Source: an uncultured PS1 clade bacterium (GTDB lineage Bacteria; Pseudomonadota; Alphaproteobacteria; MED-G09). Taken from it: 64,000 nucleotides of DNA. The stretch is taken from contig CACANC010000001.1 of assembly GCA_902533755.1 (NCBI GenBank), positions 3,668 to 67,667 of the forward strand. The letters are read 5' to 3'. This document shows positions 1 to 12,016 of the stretch, piece by piece. The position numbers and the translations under genes are program-made. Below the pieces are notes generated by a model that saw only the letters and a list, made by a program, of their open reading frames with translations, was not told where the DNA came from and ran no database searches. The number at the start of each line of letters is the position of its first letter. Position 1 is the stretch's first letter.

Positions 1-1
1 A

Positions 2-976
2 ATGCTTGGAATGCATGGAACCTATGAAGCTAATTTAGCGATGAATGAATGTGATCTTTTAATTAATATTGGCGCAAGGTTTGACGATAGGGTTACTGGA
101 AGATTAGATGCTTTTTCACCTAATTCAAAAAAGATACATATTGATATTGATCCTTCATCAATGAATAAGACTGTTCCAGTTGATGTTTCTATAGTTGGTG
201 ACTGCGCTCATGCAATAGAAGGTATTTTGTTAAAATGGAAATCAAAAGGCATAAGGGTAGATACTGATGCATGGATGAAACAAATAGAAAAATGGAGAAA
301 TAAAAAATCGCTGGATTATAAAAATTCTACTGAAGTGATAAAGCCGCAATTCGCAGTTGAAAGACTGTATGAGCTAACCAAAGATAATGACTCATATATA
401 ACTACTGAAGTAGGGCAACATCAAATGTGGGCTGCTCAATATTATAAATTTGATCAACCTAATAGGTGGATGACTTCGGGCGGTCTTGGGACAATGGGTT
501 ATGGTTTGCCTGCGGCAATTGGCGTGCAAGTAGCTCACCCAAGTAGTTTAGTTATTGATATTGCCGGCGAAGCATCGATATTAATGAATATTCAAGAGTT
601 ATCAACTGCTGTTCAACACAAGCTTCCTGTTAAGGTATTTATTTTAAATAATCAATACATGGGGATGGTAAGGCAATGGCAAGAATTACTGCATGGTGCG
701 AGATACTCTCATTCATATACAGACTCTTTACCTGATTTTGTTAAACTTGCTGAGGCTTATGGCTGCCTTGGTCTTAGAGCAATAAAACCTGATGAACTTG
801 ATCAAAAAATACAAGAAATGATTGATTATAAGGGTCCAGTTATTTTTGACTGTGTTGTTGACCAAGATGAGAATTGCTACCCTATGATTCCTTCTGGAGC
901 AGCGCATAATGAAATGCTTCTAGGGGAAAGTGATGATAACCCAGAGGTTTCTGATGAAGGAAAGGTATTAATTTAA
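2..976 (+). CDS. ilvB: Acetolactate synthase large subunit (5'-truncated by window edge)
   Basis: [31 protein letters not shown] and the ThDP-binding region ending [13 protein letters not shown]; followed by ilvN and ilvC. Confidence 0.97.
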   Translation: MLGMHGTYEANLAMNECDLLINIGARFDDRVTGRLDAFSPNSKKIHIDIDPSSMNKTVPVDVSIVGDCAHAIEGILLKWKSKGIRVDTDAWMKQIEKWRNKKSLDYKNSTEVIKPQFAVERLYELTKDNDSYITTEVGQHQMWAAQYYKFDQPNRWMTSGGLGTMGYGLPAAIGVQVAHPSSLVIDIAGEASILMNIQELSTAVQHKLPVKVFILNNQYMGMVRQWQELLHGARYSHSYTDSLPDFVKLAEAYGCLGLRAIKPDELDQKIQEMIDYKGPVIFDCVVDQDENCYPMIPSGAAHNEMLLGESDDNPEVSDEGKVLI

Positions 977-977
977 G

Positions 978-2535
<1,558 letters not shown>

Positions 2536-2589
2536 TTTCTCTTGAATAAATCAAAAATTTCATGCATTTATCTTTTTAAAGGTAATGAA

Positions 2590-2694
2590 ATGGAACAATT
2601 AGAAAATAATAATTTTTTTGAAAGCATCGATTCTTTCAACAATAATTCTTTGGTTGTTCTAGTTTTACTAGCATTACTCCTGATTTGCCTCTGA
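2590..2694 (+). CDS. Putative leuA leader (attenuator) peptide, 34 aa MEQLENNNFFESIDSFNNNSLVVLVLLALLLICL
   Basis: Hand-translated and absent from the ORF track; 8 Leu codons in the last 14 (including CTA, CTA, CTC, CTG, CTC); stop overlaps a hairpin; 60 nt upstream of leuA. Confidence 0.75.
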   Translation: MEQLENNNFFESIDSFNNNSLVVLVLLALLLICL

Positions 2695-2722
2695 GGTTCA
2701 ATTTATTTTTGTTCTCAGAGGT
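2687..2722 (+). promoter_or_regulatory. Hairpin of the leuA leader (attenuator or pause stem)
   Basis: CCTCTGAG (2688-2695) pairs with CTCAGAGG (2714-2721); left arm contains the leader stop codon; no U-tract follows. Confidence 0.65.
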
Positions 2723-2754
2723 TAAAAACACATTCAATACAAATGGAGTAAGAA

Positions 2755-4302
2755 ATGAATAGTAAAGATAATTATATTAAAATTTTTGATACAACCTTAA
2801 GGGATGGTGAGCAGTCCCCTGGAGCTTCAATGTCTCTTGAGGAAAAAATACAAATCGCTGAAATTTTCGATGAAATGGGTGTAGACATTATTGAAGCCGG
2901 ATTTCCGATTGCATCAAATGGTGATTTTGAGTCAGTTAAAGAAGTCTCTAGATTAGTAAAAAATGTTCAAGTCTGTGGGCTATCTAGGGCAGGTCAAAAG
3001 GATATCGATAGAGCAGCCGAGGCATTAAAGTATGCAAAAAACCCTAGAATTCATACTTTTATTTCAACCAGCCCTGTTCACATGCAGTACAAATTACAAA
3101 TGAATGAGCAAGAAGTTCTTGATGCCATTAATTTCTCTGTATCAAGAGCAAGAAATTTAGTAGAAGATGTTCAATGGTCTGCTGAAGATGCCACAAGAAC
3201 AGATAGGGATTTTTTATTTAAATGTGTTGATATGGCTATATCATCCGGAGCTACCACAATTAATATTCCTGATACAGTAGGTTATACAACCCCAGATGAA
3301 TATTATGAAATAATTGACTCTTTAATAAAAAATATACCAGATTCAGATAAAGTTGTTTTCTCAACACATTGCCATAATGATTTAGGTTTAGCAGTTGCTA
3401 ATTCTTTATCTGGCGTCAGAGCGGGCGCAAGACAAATTGAGTGCACTATGAATGGAATTGGTGAGAGAGCTGGTAATGCTGCTCTTGAAGAAATTGTCAT
3501 GTCTATGAAAGTAAGAAATGATATATTAGATTATGACTCAGGAGTTGAGACAACACTTTTTACTCGTGCATCAAAACTTGTATCTTCAGTCACATCTTTT
3601 CCGGTTCAATTTAATAAGGCTATTGTAGGAAAAAATGCTTTTGCACATGAATCTGGGATTCATCAGGATGGAATGTTAAAGAATAATGAAACATATGAAA
3701 TCATGACTCCAGAAAGTATTGGTTTAAATGAATCCACTTTAGTGATGGGTAAGCATTCAGGAAGACATGCCTTTAAAGAAAAAGCTAAAGAACTTGGGTA
3801 TGTGTTAGCTGACAATCAATTAAATGATGCATTTTATAGGTTTAAGGATTTAGCTGATAAGAAAAAAGAAGTTTTTGATGATGATATTGTTGCGCTAATT
3901 GATGATGAATTTTCTAAAGGTTTAGATATTATAAAACTAATATCATTATCTATTTATGCTGGTACAGAAGGCCCACAATTTGCAGATCTTTCATTAGAGA
4001 TTGATGGAGAAGTAAAACAAAATAAATCTGAGGGTGATGGACCAGTTGATGCTTTATTTAATTCAATAAGGACTCTTATTCCACATACCGCTAGTTTACA
4101 GTTATATCAGGTCCATGCTGTCACAGAAGGAACTGATGCTCAAGCGGAAGTTAGTGTAAGATTGCACGAATCAGGTAAGACAGTTATAGGAAGAGGTGCA
4201 GATACTGATACTTTAGTAGCCTCTGCTCGGGCGTATATAAGTGCTTTAAATCGTCTTATGGTTAAAAGAGAGAAAAGTATTCCTGAGGAGATAGCTAATT
4301 AA
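2755..4302 (+). CDS. leuA: 2-isopropylmalate synthase
   Basis: IFDTTLRDGEQSPG, HCHNDLGLAVANS, GIGERAGNA, C-terminal regulatory domain GDGPVDA. Confidence 0.98.
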   Translation: MNSKDNYIKIFDTTLRDGEQSPGASMSLEEKIQIAEIFDEMGVDIIEAGFPIASNGDFESVKEVSRLVKNVQVCGLSRAGQKDIDRAAEALKYAKNPRIHTFISTSPVHMQYKLQMNEQEVLDAINFSVSRARNLVEDVQWSAEDATRTDRDFLFKCVDMAISSGATTINIPDTVGYTTPDEYYEIIDSLIKNIPDSDKVVFSTHCHNDLGLAVANSLSGVRAGARQIECTMNGIGERAGNAALEEIVMSMKVRNDILDYDSGVETTLFTRASKLVSSVTSFPVQFNKAIVGKNAFAHESGIHQDGMLKNNETYEIMTPESIGLNESTLVMGKHSGRHAFKEKAKELGYVLADNQLNDAFYRFKDLADKKKEVFDDDIVALIDDEFSKGLDIIKLISLSIYAGTEGPQFADLSLEIDGEVKQNKSEGDGPVDALFNSIRTLIPHTASLQLYQVHAVTEGTDAQAEVSVRLHESGKTVIGRGADTDTLVASARAYISALNRLMVKREKSIPEEIAN

Positions 4303-4315
4303 TTAGGAGAATTTT

Positions 4316-5362
4316 TTGAAAAAATATTTGAATTTTCTTAGTTCTGATTTGGCTATAGATTTAGGTACAGTCAATACACTTATCCATCATCATGATAATG
4401 GAATAATTTTAAATGAACCGTCAATTTTGGCTGTGGATAAAGCAGATTTAAATATGGGTATAATTGCCATTGGGTCAAAAGCGAAAGAGATGCATGGCAG
4501 AACACCAGAAAACATTGAAACCATAAAACCAATGCGTGAAGGAATAATTGCTGATTATTTAGCTGCTGAAGAAATGCTAAAATATTTTATAAGCAAATCC
4601 TTATTAAATAAGAGCCTTTTTAGCCCTAGATTAATGATATGTGTTCCTGCAAGCTCTACTCCCGCTGAAAGAAAAGCTATTTTGGACTCTGGTTTAGCTA
4701 CTGGAGCTAGAAAAGTTTTTTTAATTGAAGAACCTATGGCTGCAGCTATAGGATCCGATCTCCCAGTTAATGAAGCAAAAGGCTCAATGATAATTGATAT
4801 AGGTGGGGGAACTACTGAAATTGCAATAATATCTCTTGGTGGAATAGTTTTTTCTAAGTCTATTAGAGTTGGTGGAAATGAATTTGATAAATCAATCATC
4901 TCTAATTTAAGAAGAAATGAAAATATCCAAATTGGTGAGATTACAGCAGAACAACTTAAAATACACATTGGTTCAGGGATTGTTCCCAAACATGGTGATG
5001 GAAGAAAGATGACAATAAAAGGTAAAGAGATAACAGAAGGAGTCCCAGTAGAGAAAGAAATTACTGAGAGACATATTTCCGAAAGCTTAGCCGAGGCATT
5101 ATTTGAAATTACAGAGACTATTAAGGAAGCATTTGAATCAGCTCCACCAGAATTAACTGGTGATATTTATGAGAATGGCATCCTTTTAACTGGTGGAGGT
5201 TCATTATTAGACAACATGGATGTAGTTATTGAGCGCGCAACAGGCCTGAAAGTAAAATATGCTGAAGAACCTTTATCAAGTGTAGCTTTAGGGTCAGGCA
5301 AAGTGATGAAAAATATAAAGACGATGAGAGATACATTAAGCACACCTTATGGCAGGCATTAA
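4316..5362 (+). CDS. mreB: Rod shape-determining protein MreB
   Basis: DLAIDLGTVNT, EEPMAAAIG, DIGGGTTEIAIISLGG, LTGGGSLL; TTG start after AGGAGA. Confidence 0.95.
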   Translation: MKKYLNFLSSDLAIDLGTVNTLIHHHDNGIILNEPSILAVDKADLNMGIIAIGSKAKEMHGRTPENIETIKPMREGIIADYLAAEEMLKYFISKSLLNKSLFSPRLMICVPASSTPAERKAILDSGLATGARKVFLIEEPMAAAIGSDLPVNEAKGSMIIDIGGGTTEIAIISLGGIVFSKSIRVGGNEFDKSIISNLRRNENIQIGEITAEQLKIHIGSGIVPKHGDGRKMTIKGKEITEGVPVEKEITERHISESLAEALFEITETIKEAFESAPPELTGDIYENGILLTGGGSLLDNMDVVIERATGLKVKYAEEPLSSVALGSGKVMKNIKTMRDTLSTPYGRH

Positions 5363-5385
5363 AGGAATCAGTATAAAAATTAAAA

Positions 5386-7170
5386 ATGTATGAAAAAAAC
5401 AACGACATAAACCGTCGTGTATTTTTTGTTGGTGGAGGAATGATTATTCTTTCATCATTTCTTTTATCAAGGCTTTGGAAACTTCAAGTCAGTGAGCAAG
5501 ATAAATATTTACTATTATCTGATAAGAATCGCATAAGAATAACTCCATTATTTCCTAAAAGAGGCATCTTTTATGATCGAAATGGTAATGAATTAGCATT
5601 AAATTCTTCAAATTTTAAACTAACTTATTCCTCAGGGTCTGCTTTACCAGATCAAGTGCTTATAAAAAAAATTATGAATGAATTAAGTTTAGATAATGAT
5701 CAAATTGAGAAGATTAATAAGAGGATATTTAATAGAAAATTAAAAAAAATAGAAATAAAAGAAAATTTAACTATTGATGAAATATCTGCTTTAAATTTTT
5801 TAAATGATGATTTAGAGAGTTTTTTAATCGAAGATAACTCGAAAAGATCTTATATCAATTCGAAAAGCTTTTCTCATCTTATTGGATACACTGGCTTCAT
5901 AAATGATTCAAATTCAGAGAGTTTAAAAACTATTGGACTTTCTGGTTTAGAGTTAAAATTCGATCATATTTTATCAGGTCATTTAGGTTATGTGAAAACA
6001 GAAGTAAATTCTGAAGAAAAAAGCATACGTATTTTGGAGGAAAATAAAGCAATAAATGGTCAAGATGTAGTTTTAACAATTGATCAAGATCTTCAAAACG
6101 CCGTTCATAAAATAATGGGCAATAATGTTGGTGCAGCAACAGTAATGAATATCCAAAATGGCGAAATTTTGGCTATGTGTTCAACACCAAGTTTTGATAG
6201 CAATAAATTTATTGATGGCTTTAGTTACAATGAGTGGAATAAAATATCAGAAGATGAAAGAAAACCATTTTTGAACAAAGCTATTAATGGTGAATATCCT
6301 CCAGGCTCAACATTTAAAATCGTTACTGCTTTAGCTGGCCTAGAGGATGGGTTGCTTAACCCAGATGATAAGGTTTTTTGTAGCGGAAAAACAAAATATG
6401 GAAAAAGAAATTTTCATTGTTGGAAGGATAAGGGCCATGAAGAGGTCGATCTTAGAAAGGCAATAAAAGAATCTTGCGATGTCTATTTTTATGACCTTGC
6501 TAGAAGACTTGGTATTGAAAAGATTGCCAATATGGCTCTTCGATTAGGATTTGGTAGAAATTTCGATTTAATTAGCGACAAAGAGAGAAATGGGCTAGTA
6601 CCAACTAAAAATTGGATAGAAAATAATATTAATAATAATTGGAATTTAGGGGATACACTAGTTGCTGGTATCGGTCAGGGTTATATTTCTGCAACTCCTT
6701 TGCAATTAAATGTAATGATATCAATGATTGCAAACAAAGGGTTCTACATAGAACCTAAAATAATAAAATCACCAAATTTAAATAAAAAAAATAAAATAAG
6801 GCCTGCTGGATTTAATTTTTCTAACTTAGATTTGCTTAGAGATTTATTGGATATAGCTGTTAATGAAAAAGGCAGTAATGCTTATTCTAGCAGAATTGAA
6901 GCGGATAACTGGAGAATGGCTGGTAAGACTGGAACTTCACAAGTAAAAGAAATAACTGAAGAAGAAAGAAAAGAAGAAATAATTATTTCGAAAGTTTGGA
7001 ATGAAAGAGACCATGCTCTTTTTGTTGGTTATGCTCCAACAACACAACCAAAATATTCTGTTTCAATTGTTATCGAGCATGGAGGTTCAGGCAGCCAAAA
7101 AGCTGCGCCTCTAGGAAGGGATATTTTATTAGCATGTCAAAAAATTAAAACCCAGGGATCAAAAGCATAA
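5386..7170 (+). CDS. mrdA: Penicillin-binding protein 2
   Basis: SxxK (PPGSTFK), SxD (SCDVYFY) and KTG motifs; N-terminal membrane anchor. Confidence 0.95.
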   Translation: MYEKNNDINRRVFFVGGGMIILSSFLLSRLWKLQVSEQDKYLLLSDKNRIRITPLFPKRGIFYDRNGNELALNSSNFKLTYSSGSALPDQVLIKKIMNELSLDNDQIEKINKRIFNRKLKKIEIKENLTIDEISALNFLNDDLESFLIEDNSKRSYINSKSFSHLIGYTGFINDSNSESLKTIGLSGLELKFDHILSGHLGYVKTEVNSEEKSIRILEENKAINGQDVVLTIDQDLQNAVHKIMGNNVGAATVMNIQNGEILAMCSTPSFDSNKFIDGFSYNEWNKISEDERKPFLNKAINGEYPPGSTFKIVTALAGLEDGLLNPDDKVFCSGKTKYGKRNFHCWKDKGHEEVDLRKAIKESCDVYFYDLARRLGIEKIANMALRLGFGRNFDLISDKERNGLVPTKNWIENNINNNWNLGDTLVAGIGQGYISATPLQLNVMISMIANKGFYIEPKIIKSPNLNKKNKIRPAGFNFSNLDLLRDLLDIAVNEKGSNAYSSRIEADNWRMAGKTGTSQVKEITEEERKEEIIISKVWNERDHALFVGYAPTTQPKYSVSIVIEHGGSGSQKAAPLGRDILLACQKIKTQGSKA

Positions 7171-7172
7171 AA

Positions 7173-8315
7173 ATGTATAGAAAACAAAGAAAGAGCATTT
7201 TACATAAAAGAACTCTCTACTTTGATAAATTTAGAGGTATTAATTATGGCATACCACTTTGTTTACTTATGTTAGGTTCTACCGGATTATTGATGCTATT
7301 TTCCATTTCTGGTGGAGAATTTAATCAGACAGTAATGAATCATTTTCTTCGTTTAATAGTTGGATTCATATTTTTTATATTTTTTTCCTTTATTAGTTTT
7401 CGAATTCTGAGAGTTATTTCTTTTCCAATGTATTTTGTGATACTGGCTATGCTGGCTTGGCTATATGTATTTGAAACTTCAACAGTGTCTAGATGGATAA
7501 ATTTAGGCGGAACAAGTTTTCAGCCATCAGAGTTTTTAAAATTTATACTAATTTTAACATTAGCTTCCTATTATAGTTTTTTTGGAGAAAGCAAATCTAG
7601 GCAATTGAGATACAATGTATTACCAATAATACTAATTTTGGTTCCTTCTTTTTTAATTTTAAATCAACCTGATTTGGGGACAGCTGTTTTACTAATTCTA
7701 GCAGGGTTTTCAACTGTTTTCTTTTCTGGGCTTTATTTGAAATGGGTTGTATTGGGCTCATCATTTGTTTTTGTGACTATCCCGCTCATTATTGCTAGCT
7801 TAAAGCCTTACCAAATGAAAAGATTAGAAGTTTTTCTTGATCCTGATAAGGATCCTTTCGGATCAGGTTATCATATAATTCAATCAAAAATAGCAATTGG
7901 TTCTGGAGGTTTAATTGGAAAAGGTTTTATGTCAGGCACACAGAGTCAGCTTAATTTTCTTCCTGAAAAACATAATGATTTTATGTTAGCAGTGCTCCTT
8001 GAAGAAACAGGATTAGTAGGGGGAATATTTATTTTCTCAATTTTTTCCTACTTTATTATAATATCTATGCATACTTCAATCATAGCTAGAAGTCGATTTA
8101 GTTCAGTTGCATGTGGATCAATATCTGTGTTAATTTTTTTATATTTCTTTATTAATTGCGCGATGATAACTGGATTAATTCCAATAGTTGGTGTTCCAAT
8201 ACCTATGCTTTCATACGGTGGTTCAGCAATAATCTCTCTTTGTGCAGCGATGGGGTTTGTTCTTAATGCAAGAAGGCAAAGGGATATAAAGATTGAGAGT
8301 ATATTAGATGCATAG
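7173..8315 (+). CDS. rodA: SEDS peptidoglycan glycosyltransferase RodA
   Basis: FQPSEFLK, QPDLGT, GYHIIQSKIAIGSGG, FLPEKHNDF, SYGGS. Confidence 0.95.
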   Translation: MYRKQRKSILHKRTLYFDKFRGINYGIPLCLLMLGSTGLLMLFSISGGEFNQTVMNHFLRLIVGFIFFIFFSFISFRILRVISFPMYFVILAMLAWLYVFETSTVSRWINLGGTSFQPSEFLKFILILTLASYYSFFGESKSRQLRYNVLPIILILVPSFLILNQPDLGTAVLLILAGFSTVFFSGLYLKWVVLGSSFVFVTIPLIIASLKPYQMKRLEVFLDPDKDPFGSGYHIIQSKIAIGSGGLIGKGFMSGTQSQLNFLPEKHNDFMLAVLLEETGLVGGIFIFSIFSYFIIISMHTSIIARSRFSSVACGSISVLIFLYFFINCAMITGLIPIVGVPIPMLSYGGSAIISLCAAMGFVLNARRQRDIKIESILDA

Positions 8316-9135
8316 AATTCATCCAATTGATGAGATTATAGAAGAAAGATGTCCTAAATTGATGTCTAATAAGTTTTTGTGGTCGGTTATAAAGCCTACA
8401 ATTTTTAAAATATTTAAATATCAAACAGCAAAAAACATTACCGACGATATTTCTAATATATCTGGTTTTGAATGTTTTACTTATTTAACAAATCTGCTGA
8501 AATTTAATCTAGATATAAGAAATATTGAATTGGTACCAGAACATGGCCCAATCATATTAGCGGGAAATCATCCAACTGGTCTTACTGATGGAATAGTAAT
8601 GTTTGAAGTTATGAAAGATAGGCGCCCTGATTATACGCTTTATGCAAATGTTGACATGATTAAGTTATCTAGAGGTTTTGAAGATATTATTATTCCTGTC
8701 GATTGGAATGATGACAATAAAAACATTAGTAAAAGCAAAGAAATTCTGAAAAGAACGAAGGAGACTTTTACTGAAGGTAAGTGTTTATTGGTTTTTCCAT
8801 CATCTCGCCTTTCTAAAAGAAAAGGCTTCAAGTTGTTTGAAAGACCTTGGTTAAACACTATTGTTAAGTTGTCAAAGAAATATAATGCGCCAATTATACC
8901 TTTTCATATGGATGGACATAATTCACTTTTTTATTATTTTTTAGATATTTTTAATGAAGAATTAAAGAACATTAGTCTATTTAGCGAACTGGTAAATAAA
9001 GAGGAATTTAAGTATACAATTACTTTCGGTCGCCAAATTGATCCATTAGATATTAATGGCGATATTGATAAAGAAACCTCAAGAATCCAAAAGCATGTTG
9101 AATTTACACTTGGTAATCCACCCCTAATCCTATAG
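8308..9135 (+). CDS. Lysophospholipid or lyso-aminolipid acyltransferase (PlsC/OlsA-like)
   Basis: HxxxxD motif (NHPTGLTDG), LVFPS block, APIIPFH. Confidence 0.75.
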   Translation: MHRIHPIDEIIEERCPKLMSNKFLWSVIKPTIFKIFKYQTAKNITDDISNISGFECFTYLTNLLKFNLDIRNIELVPEHGPIILAGNHPTGLTDGIVMFEVMKDRRPDYTLYANVDMIKLSRGFEDIIIPVDWNDDNKNISKSKEILKRTKETFTEGKCLLVFPSSRLSKRKGFKLFERPWLNTIVKLSKKYNAPIIPFHMDGHNSLFYYFLDIFNEELKNISLFSELVNKEEFKYTITFGRQIDPLDINGDIDKETSRIQKHVEFTLGNPPLIL

Positions 9136-9155
9136 TTTATTTAGAAAGTTTTAAA

Positions 9156-10427
9156 ATGAATAAAAAAATAAAATCACCTGAAAATTATAATCTTTTAGAC
9201 CCCGATGTCATTGAAAGCCCCTATGAAGCCTATAAAGTTTATAGAGAAGAGGCCCCAGTTTATCATAGTAAAGATACGGGTTTTTATGTTGTCACTAAAT
9301 ATGATGATTTAAAAAGAGTATTAACGGATTACGATTACTTTTCACGTGATATAGCAGCCTATTGGGAAAAAGATTCAAAGCATAAAAAAAAGGGTTATTG
9401 GAAACACGGAGATAGTGTAGGAAGGGTTTTTCGAGAAAAGGGATGGCAGCAGATACCTTGTTTTGGTGCAGAGCCTCCATATCATACTAAATTTAGAAAG
9501 GCAGCAAACCCATCTTTTACTGCAAAAAGAGTAAAAAATATGGAACCATATATTGTGAATTTAATTAATGATTTAATTGATTCCTTTATAGATGATGGGG
9601 AGGTCGAGTTTGTTTCCCAATTTTGTATACCTTTACCAATGAATGTTATTCAAGATAGGTTAGGTTTTCCTAAAAAAGATCTTCCGAAACTTAAATCCTG
9701 GTCGCAAGATACTTCTGCAGGTTTAAGTCAAATGCTTAGCGAAGAAGAAGAAATATCTGTAGCTGAGAGGTTAGTAGAATTTCAACATTATATGGTTAAA
9801 ACATTTGAAGAAAAAAGATTAAATCCAAAAGATGATATAATTTCTGACCTTGTTAATTATATTGATGAAGATGGAAAGAAATTAGAAACTGAAGAACTTC
9901 TCTCAATTGTAAGTGACTTAAACATTGGTGGTAATGAGACAACTACTGATTCCTTAGGTAGTGGAATGTTGATGTTGATGCAACAAAGAGACAAGATGGA
10001 TGACCTTATCTCTGGAAAAGCAAAATATAAAAATTTCGTAGAGGAAATAATTAGACTAGAAACACCTGTGCAGAGTCTTTTTAGAAGAGTTAGAAAAGAT
10101 GTTTTGTTATCAGGGTTTGAAATACCAGAGGGTTCAATAATTGATATGCGTTTTGGATCAGCCAATAGAGATGAAGAACAATTTGAATGTCCTATGGATA
10201 TGATTTTGGATAGAAAAAACCCAGGTAAACATCTTGCGTATGGAACCTCTCATCATCATTGTATTGGCGCCCCTTTGGCAAGGCAAGAAATGAGATTAGC
10301 ATTTCAAATACTTCTAGAAAGACTAACTAATATCAATCTTGCTGAAAATAAAAATGACTTTCTTCATCGATCACATTTTGCTTTACGGGGTCTGAATAAA
10401 TTATATTTAACTTTTGAGAAAGCTTAG
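9156..10427 (+). CDS. Cytochrome P450
   Basis: I-helix GGNETT, ExxR (EIIR), heme motif YGTSHHHCIG. Confidence 0.95.
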   Translation: MNKKIKSPENYNLLDPDVIESPYEAYKVYREEAPVYHSKDTGFYVVTKYDDLKRVLTDYDYFSRDIAAYWEKDSKHKKKGYWKHGDSVGRVFREKGWQQIPCFGAEPPYHTKFRKAANPSFTAKRVKNMEPYIVNLINDLIDSFIDDGEVEFVSQFCIPLPMNVIQDRLGFPKKDLPKLKSWSQDTSAGLSQMLSEEEEISVAERLVEFQHYMVKTFEEKRLNPKDDIISDLVNYIDEDGKKLETEELLSIVSDLNIGGNETTTDSLGSGMLMLMQQRDKMDDLISGKAKYKNFVEEIIRLETPVQSLFRRVRKDVLLSGFEIPEGSIIDMRFGSANRDEEQFECPMDMILDRKNPGKHLAYGTSHHHCIGAPLARQEMRLAFQILLERLTNINLAENKNDFLHRSHFALRGLNKLYLTFEKA

Positions 10428-10429
10428 AT

Positions 10430-11227
10430 ATGGCAGATAATTTTATTGGAAAAAATGCTCTTATTACAGGAGCTTCATCTGGGATAGGTAAAGATATAGC
10501 ATATATTATGGCTGAAAAGGGCATTAACCTGATCCTTTTAGCAAGGCGTGAAGATAACCTTATTAAGATAAAGGAAGATATACAGGATAAGTTTTCAATA
10601 AAAATAATGGTTATTGCAGCAGATTTAAGTCAGATACCTGAATATGAAAGAATTTATGATGAATGTAAAAGAAATGATCTTATGCCTGATTTTTTAGTCA
10701 ATAATGCAGGTTATGGAACTTTAGATAGCTTTCACAAGATTTCATATGAAGACCACATAAAGTTTATTAATGTTTTATCAACATCAGTTGTATCTTTAAC
10801 CCAGTTATTTATACAAAATATGATAAGTAATGGTTTTGGAAGAATTATTAATATTGCCTCACTTGCAGGATTTGCTCCAGCATCAAACTCTGGGGGTATG
10901 TATACTGCCGTTAAATCAATGGTAATTAAATTTTCAGAAGGCATTCATAAAGAATATAAAGATAATAATATTTATTGTTGTGCCGTTTGCCCAGGTTTTA
11001 CTCATACAGAATTTCACGATCAAATGGGCGAATTCAAAAGTTCTATACCGAGCTTTATGTGGATGAGCTCAAAAACCGTAGCCAAACAAGCTTTTGATGA
11101 GACAATGAAGGGTAAAGATTTATTTATTAACGGGGGAATAAATAAATTCCTAGCTTTTCTTATGTGGTTAACTCCAAAATGGTTAACAAATTTATATTAC
11201 AAACTAATTATGAGAAAGAGACCTTAA
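10430..11227 (+). CDS. Short-chain dehydrogenase/reductase
   Basis: TGASSGIG, NNAG, YTAVK catalytic motif, CPGFTHTEF. Confidence 0.92.
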   Translation: MADNFIGKNALITGASSGIGKDIAYIMAEKGINLILLARREDNLIKIKEDIQDKFSIKIMVIAADLSQIPEYERIYDECKRNDLMPDFLVNNAGYGTLDSFHKISYEDHIKFINVLSTSVVSLTQLFIQNMISNGFGRIINIASLAGFAPASNSGGMYTAVKSMVIKFSEGIHKEYKDNNIYCCAVCPGFTHTEFHDQMGEFKSSIPSFMWMSSKTVAKQAFDETMKGKDLFINGGINKFLAFLMWLTPKWLTNLYYKLIMRKRP

Positions 11228-11967
11228 AGGATTTTTGGAATAATTATTTTTCTTTCTTTTGGGTAATCTTCAAATTTTTCCTTGTACCATTTATGATGGC
11301 TTATAGCTCTTGGAAGTAAATTAAATATTGTCCAGAAAAAGAATACTAATCCAGATACGCTCCAAGTGAGAATAGCCCATCCAAGCCATTCTATAATTTC
11401 CCCCAAATAATTTGGGCTAGATACATATTTATACAATCCTTCTTGTGGAATTTTGTATCCATGCTCCGTATTTTTTGCTAATCGCATTAAGATATTGTCT
11501 GAATGAATATTAATGAAAGCACCTATAAGAAATATCAAAAAACCAATTATGAAGACTGGCTCTGTAAACCATGATATATCGTAATTAATATCAAGAAGAA
11601 AAAACCAATACCCGTGTAAGAAAGTGTTAACGGCATTGAATAAAAAGGCCATTAAGGCAACCAAAGCTGGCATTGTTCCATCTTTTTTTATTCTCATCGG
11701 CCATATAAAGCTTCTATTGAAATAATGTACTGACCATATAATCAAAAAGAAGATAAGAACAGGATTGCTAAATCCATCATAAAGAAAATAGTAGATCCAG
11801 AAAAGATATAATGCTGGGCTTTCCATTACTATCCAACCAAGTCTTTTGGGTATAGTTAATCCCCAGCCTGATCTTGAGTGTCTACCATAGGGAGCACTTA
11901 TTATAAGCAAAATGATAAAGGTAATAATACCAATAGTCATCCATATGTTTATCAGAATAGGGTACAT
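11224..11967 (-). CDS. 3-oxo-5-alpha-steroid 4-dehydrogenase (steroid 5-alpha-reductase family)
   Basis: APYGRH, WIVMESPA, HYFNRS, NIHSDNIL, YKIPQEGLY, SPNYLGEIIEWLGW, RAISHHKWY; multipass membrane protein. Confidence 0.92.
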   Translation of the reverse strand: MYPILINIWMTIGIITFIILLIISAPYGRHSRSGWGLTIPKRLGWIVMESPALYLFWIYYFLYDGFSNPVLIFFLIIWSVHYFNRSFIWPMRIKKDGTMPALVALMAFLFNAVNTFLHGYWFFLLDINYDISWFTEPVFIIGFLIFLIGAFINIHSDNILMRLAKNTEHGYKIPQEGLYKYVSSPNYLGEIIEWLGWAILTWSVSGLVFFFWTIFNLLPRAISHHKWYKEKFEDYPKERKIIIPKIL

Positions 11968-12016
11968 AGCAATTTTAGGTTATCATAAAAAGTCTAAAGG
12001 TGATTCGTTAAATAAC

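Noticed and set aside
11912..12016. Extended N-termini in the ORF track (aminotransferase; likewise dksA, FNR, iscU-like, gamma-CA, crotonase)
   Set aside because: The extensions overlap neighbouring genes or lack family similarity; downstream ATGs fit better
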